Assembly (NCBI GenBank): GCA_001179505.1
Contig: CDMY01000613.1
Span: 249,720 to 313,719 of the forward strand
Direction of reading: 5' to 3'
Origin: Vitrella brassicaformis CCMP3155
Lineage: Eukaryota; Protista; Chromerida
DNA length: 64,000 bases
Shown piece by piece: positions 58,687 to 64,000 of this stretch. The position numbers and the translations under genes were made by a program. Under the pieces are notes generated by a model. That model did not search any database and was not told where the DNA came from. It was given only the letters and a program-made list of their open reading frames with translations. The first letter of the stretch is position 1, and every line of letters starts with the position of its first letter.

Positions 58687-61153
58687 ATGGCGAGCATCCG
58701 GAAGGAGACGGAGAGGGCGGTGGTGCAGTTCGGTGTGAACGTGATAGGCTTCCTCTTCATCCTCTGCATCTACTACAACTACGTCATCCTCCAGGGCTAC
58801 TTCTACGCCCTCTTCTGGGCAATCATCCTCAGCATCCCCCTATTCAGCATCAAGACCACCATCATGGACGTGCTGGCTCTCGAACACGACACGCACCAAT
58901 ACGGGTCGTCATCAAGCATCACCTACGTCCAGCAAAGGGTGGTGGCACCGCCGCCTGTGCAGCCGGTGCCAATGGCACAACGGCAGAGAGAAAGGTCGAG
59001 GTCGCCGCGGCACTCGCAGTCACAGCCAGAGGCCCGGCCATCCCTTGTATCGCCCGGCAAGCGCCCCAACAACGGATCTGGCAGCGGCTCGTGGACAATG
59101 TTCATCATCTGGCGCATCCTGGTGCTGCTGTTCGAGCCCGTCTGGGGGCTCATCAACGGCGTCGAGAGCCGGCGCGCGTCAGACCCGTACTTCGGGGTGT
59201 TGTGGCGCAGCGTCATCACGCTCAAGGCGTGGCAGTTTATCTACTTTTATCGCGAGACGGTGGTGGTGGCTGGGTGCACCGGGGTGGCCATGTTTGTGGG
59301 GATGCGGTTCATCCGGTCGTCGGCCGTCGTCACCGAGATCAAGTCGTACATCCAGTCGCTGCTGCAGTCGATCCGTATACTGCTCTCCTGGCTGCCTCTC
59401 AACGAGATACTCGTCGTGTGCGTCATTGTGGGCTCCATTCTCGGATTCATGGCCATTGTCGGCTTCTTCGCCTTTCAGCTCGGTAGGTAGCTAACACAAC
59501 ATAACACGCCCACAGAGACAGACACCCACAGAGAGAGAGAGAGAGAGGGGAGTGCACTCGATAGATACCCCGTATAGACAGACACCTTTGTGTCTGGCTG
59601 TCCCTGTGTGGTGCAGCCCAGGAGAGCGTGCAGCTGTGGGAGCTGATCAATCGGTTTTTCCGTTCCAACATCTTCGAGAGCGCCTTTTGGCAGGACAACG
59701 TCATCACGACCGTCGACTGGGCCTACAGCAACCTGGACATCGGCGGGGAGGACCTCACCGTCAAGAAGGGCTACGATCAGCTGGCCGAGTGGATCAAGAA
59801 CACCGCCCTCCAGCAGCTCACGGCCATGGGCATCAACATCGACATGTACAGCCAGTACTACTTGCTCTTCACACAGGCCCTCACCGCTGACTACCCACAC
59901 AGTGTGGCACAAGACGGAGGAGGAGGACCACCACAACAACCAGTAGGGGCAGCAGGGGCAGCAGGAGCAGCAGCCAGACAGGCGCCGCAGATCCCCCACC
60001 CACACCGACACTCACACACCAATCGGACGTCATCCACACCCACCATCGGCGCAGGGCACGCCCCCTTCATCCCCTTCTCCCCCTTCCACCATCACCACCA
60101 AGCAGACAGGCGGCCGCATGGCCATGGATGGATGGCCCCCGCACCCCAAGCACCCCAAGCGGCCCAACCAGGCGACCAACCGCCAAGGGCAGCCGAAAGC
60201 GCCCAGGTGCCCAGTGAGCCGGGCCGCAGCGGCAGCCAGCCGGAGTGTGACGACGACAGTCCAGAAGGGTGTGGCGAGCCGCCCACGGCCGACAGCAAGC
60301 CGAGTGCCGGCCAGCAGGACAACGTGTCGTCGCGTGTTGCGGCTGGGGGCGGTGTGAGGGGCGGGGGAGGAGGTGGCGGGCCGGCGACGACGTCGATATC
60401 GATGTCAGAGTTCTGGGGCCGATTCCCCACCACTCTCGAGTTCGTGTCGGAGCTGCGCCGGGGCAACATCACCGCTATCACACAAATCAAAAAGGTGAGT
60501 GACCGACACGCACGCCGACCCGACTCTCTGTGTGTGCGGTGAGGTGATCATGTAGCATGTAGCATGTACCACTGAATGTGCGTTCGTTGTGTTGTGTGCG
60601 GCGGGCGTGTCAGGTGTGGCGAGAGCTGTCAGACAAGCTGCTGGAGGGGACGACCAGTGAGGTGCAGGAGTGGGTCAACAGCATACAGTCATACCTCCAC
60701 ACCATGGTCTCGGGCGTCGTCGGAACCGGGTCGGCGCACACACGGACAGACAGACAGACAGACAGACAGGCAGCTTGCGAGAGAGGCAATGGTCTCATCT
60801 CACCATCATCCATCCATCGATCCATCCATCCATTGTGGAGTGCAGGTCTTACCCGATGCGTTTCCTGACGTTCGCGGCGATGCTGCTCTATCAATTCTGC
60901 GTGTCCGCATTTGACATGGTCTTTCAGGTCAGCCCAGACACCGATGGCACGCACCAACACACAGAACATCTATCCATTGTGTCGCCTGTCTGTCTGTCTG
61001 TCTGTCTGTGTATCTCTGTTTGTGTGTGTGCAGGCACTGACCTTCTTCACGGCTCTGTACTACCTGCTCACCCCGCGTGTGTCGTGCCTCAACTACCTAG
61101 AGCAGGTGGGGGGCTCTCTGCGGGCGGCCAGCGGCCGTCCGCACGGCCGACTG

Positions 61154-61191
<38 letters not shown>

Positions 61192-63073
61192 TGTGCAGCT
61201 CCTGTCGCTGGTGGATCCCTCCCAGCTCATCTACGGCTGCATCGAGGGCGGCTTCAGAGCCATCCTCGTGTCGTCCATGAAACGCTGCCTCTTCTACAGG
61301 CAGGCAAACAACACTACACACAGACACAGACACAGACACAGCAGAAGCTTCGACCGACCAAATCTCTCTCTCTCTCTCTCCCTCTCCCTCTGTCTATCTG
61401 TCTGCCTGTCTGCCTGTCTGATCAGCTTTTACACGTGGCACATCTTTTGTTGGTTCGACGTGCCGATAGTGTTTGTGCCGACGGCTTTCGCGGTGCTGAT
61501 AGCCCTGGTGCCCATCATCCCCCCCGAGGTGGTGACGCTCCCCGCCGTCTTCTACCTGTGGTTCCACGCCAGGCGCATCGCTGCTCTCGCACTCCTCTCC
61601 ATCACCGGGTCAGTCAGTGAGGCGGTCGGCCGGTCGGTCGGTAGATAGAAAGATGGTCTATTGTGTGTATCTACTATCTTTGCTGGGGCGGATTGTCTGT
61701 CTGTCTGTCTGTGTGTATGTCTGTGTGTGCAGGTACGTGTATTGGTACGTGACGACGGCCATCTACGCGGAGATCCCCGACTCCAACCCCTGGCTGGTGG
61801 GCCTCTCTGTGGTGCTCGGCATATGGGCTCTCGGGCTCAAGGGCGTCATCGTAGGTACGCCTGACGCACCCACCCACCCCACCAGCCCGCCCGTCCGTCC
61901 GTCCGTCTGTCTGATGTGGGATGGATGAATGAATGAATGAATGATGCAGGCCCGTTGATCGCCTCCATCCCAGTGATTCTGTACAACATCGTGGCGCGGT
62001 ACAACGCCAATAAGCGGCGTGAGACCCGCGCTATCAAGCGGCGGCGCGTCCGGCGGGCCACCCGGCGCATCTACCACTACCGCATGGCGTATGCCCACCC
62101 CCATCCCCACCAGATGCACCACCCCATGTACCACCCCGGCGGCCCCTACTCTCACCACTTGCACATGGCCATGCGGTCGTCCACCATGCACCCAGCAGGG
62201 GCCAGGACGGGCTTGAGGGCGGCGTCGGTGGACAGCACCACTGGGGGGTCGCCCAGGCCACCCGTACCCACCACCTCCACACGCAGAGAGGATGGAAGGC
62301 CACAGGTGGGTAACCAACGATACGATCGGAGCGACAGAGAGACGGAGAGAGAGAGGGAGGGAGGCAGGCATCGTTTCTCGATGAGGACATGACATGAATG
62401 TGTTGTCTTCTTTCCTTCTTTGTCCATCCATCCACCGATGGACCAGAGTGTTGGGAGTTCCTCTGACGGCCTGGTCCTTACGGGTGGTGTGCCACTCGCC
62501 TCTGCTGAGGCCACCGATGACGCCACGACCCTCTCAGGCCAGCAGAGCCCAGAGGCTGCTGCCGCTGCTGCTACTGGCGGCCACACCAATGCACCCTTCA
62601 AGTAGGCCCGGGGGCAATACACACACACAGATGGATAGATAATCCTCTGTGCCGTGTTTGATATATGCCTGTGCAGGCTGCTGGTCCCCAGAAGGCCGTC
62701 AAAGGCGTTGCGCAGCGCCAACCTGGGCCGGCTGCTGGCCACGCCCCCCAACCAGCGCGCCACAGCCCTCTCCCAGAGCCGACCGCCGCGGCTTATGCCC
62801 GCTGCTGACCATCCCTCAGACCGCCGTGGGTCTGGTGCATTCCTGCGCCTGAGGAGCAGCGACGCTTGCATGAGCACCCCATCGAACAGCCCGCTGCGCA
62901 CCGGGGTTACTACTGGGTGGGTGGCCCTTGAGAGTGAGGGCGGGCATGAGCCGCCGGGTAGTGGTGGTGCTGGTGGCGGGGGTGGGCCTGTGAGTGTGCG
63001 GCGGCGCGGGGGCGGTGTGGGTGGGGATTCGGATGGCAGACGTGTGGGAGAGAGGGCAGAGACCATCGAGTGA
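58687..63073 (+). CDS. TMEM245: TMEM245-like multipass membrane protein (AI-2E-related C-terminal region)
   Basis: N-terminal VQFGVNVIGFLFILCIYYNYVILQGYFYALFWAIILSIP; multiple TMs; C-terminal FTALYYLL..IYGCIEGGFRAILVSS..LVPII..PWLVGLSVVLGIWALGLKGVIV|GPLI; His-rich and Gly/Ser-rich tail to the stop at 63073. Confidence 0.75.
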
Positions 63074-64000
63074 CCGAAGGAAAAGCGACAATTGTGTGGA
63101 GTGGGGTGGATTGGATTGGATTGGATTTGTGTGAGGAGTAAATACGACTACGCAGACAGACTGTGGGTTTTGTTTGTCTGTCTGTTTGCGGTGGTGTTGG
63201 TGTAAGTAGTAGGTGGGGAGGGAGGCAGCTTGGTGGGGTGGGTGGGTGGGTGGGTGTAAAGAAGGAAAGATGTGAACGAGTCTCTAGGTAGGTATTGCGA
63301 GAGTGGGTGGCTGGGTGCTCGGCAGAACAGACAGACAGACAGACAGCATCTCATTCTGTGTACGTGTATTAAACGATTCATATTACTGCAGCTAGCTATT
63401 ATCAACCACATCATCCGTCCACCCATCCATCCATCATCCATCCATCCGTCTCTGTGTCTCCGTCCATCACGAGAACCCATGCACGCGCCGCCTCACTTGG
63501 CTCTCAAAAACACCGACGCACACACACACACATGAAGCACCTACGCATGTCAGACAGAGATGGACAAATAAATACAGCAGCGAATCTCGCTGAAGTGTGG
63601 TGTGGTGTGCTGTGGTGTGGTGCATGTGGGTGGAGGCGCATTCTGCGCACACACATGCATCCCGCACGCCAGACAGACAGACAGACAGACACACGCAAAA
63701 CCCCACGGCGCCACGTCCGTCCACAGTACAGACAGATGCACACTTACAAATGGTATGAGTGAACGCCCCGTAGGCCAGTGAGGGTCGAAATGACTGGCTG
63801 GGCAGCCCAGCCACCCAGCTGCCGTCCATCCATAAAGAGAAAGACAGTTCAACAGCCACTCCATCTGATTTGCCGTCCATCTACACGCATCAGCGCACAC
63901 AGACGTATTCAGGCAGCCAGGCAGCCATGCAGCAGACAGGCAGGCAGGCACCACTATCATCACATCTATCAACTGAGTGGCGACGCTCACACCAACCCCC

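Noticed and set aside
1-64000. Hundreds of overlapping and antisense ORFs in the track, many rich in CV/VC, THTH or PSIH
   Set aside because: They are translations of intronic (GT)n/(CA)n/(CATC)n microsatellites or GC-rich shadow frames of real exons.
63440-64000. Possible exons of a further gene at the window end
   Set aside because: A few donor-like sites and short open frames, but no recognisable product, and the region is truncated by the window edge.

Overview
Gene-dense, GC-rich eukaryotic DNA with many short GT-AG introns full of (GT)n/(CTGT)n/(CATC)n microsatellites. This style, plus an oocyst-wall-like protein and an apicomplexan SUB1-type subtilase motif, points to a chromerid alveolate such as Vitrella (inference). 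I can support 12 spliced protein-coding genes: a TPR-like/IQ/acidic protein (-), an EF-hand/WD40 WDR49-like protein (+), a tentative SAM-like protein (-), a large secreted helical protein with an internal duplication (-), a DUF676-type lipase (+), a Cys/Tyr/Lys-rich oocyst-wall-like protein (+), a secreted multidomain protein (-), a giant DUF3712/LEA-like repeat membrane protein (-), a secreted GMC oxidoreductase (+), a mucin/SEA-like type I membrane protein (-), lipase maturation factor (-) and TMEM245-like (+). I recognised no RNA genes, CRISPR arrays or transposons. The most striking object is the 5-exon gene at 28131-33198 (-). Splicing it by hand, including a 91-nt exon missing from the ORF track, gives a 1539-aa secreted protein: subtilase (catalytic Asp apparently replaced by Gly), PAN/Apple, then motifs matching both halves of a zona pellucida (ZP-N/ZP-C) module, punctuated by RRRRL(Q) polybasic sites. 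PAN-ZP proteins are known to me as animal apical-matrix proteins. All exon models are manual and all domain calls are motif recognition by eye, not database hits.
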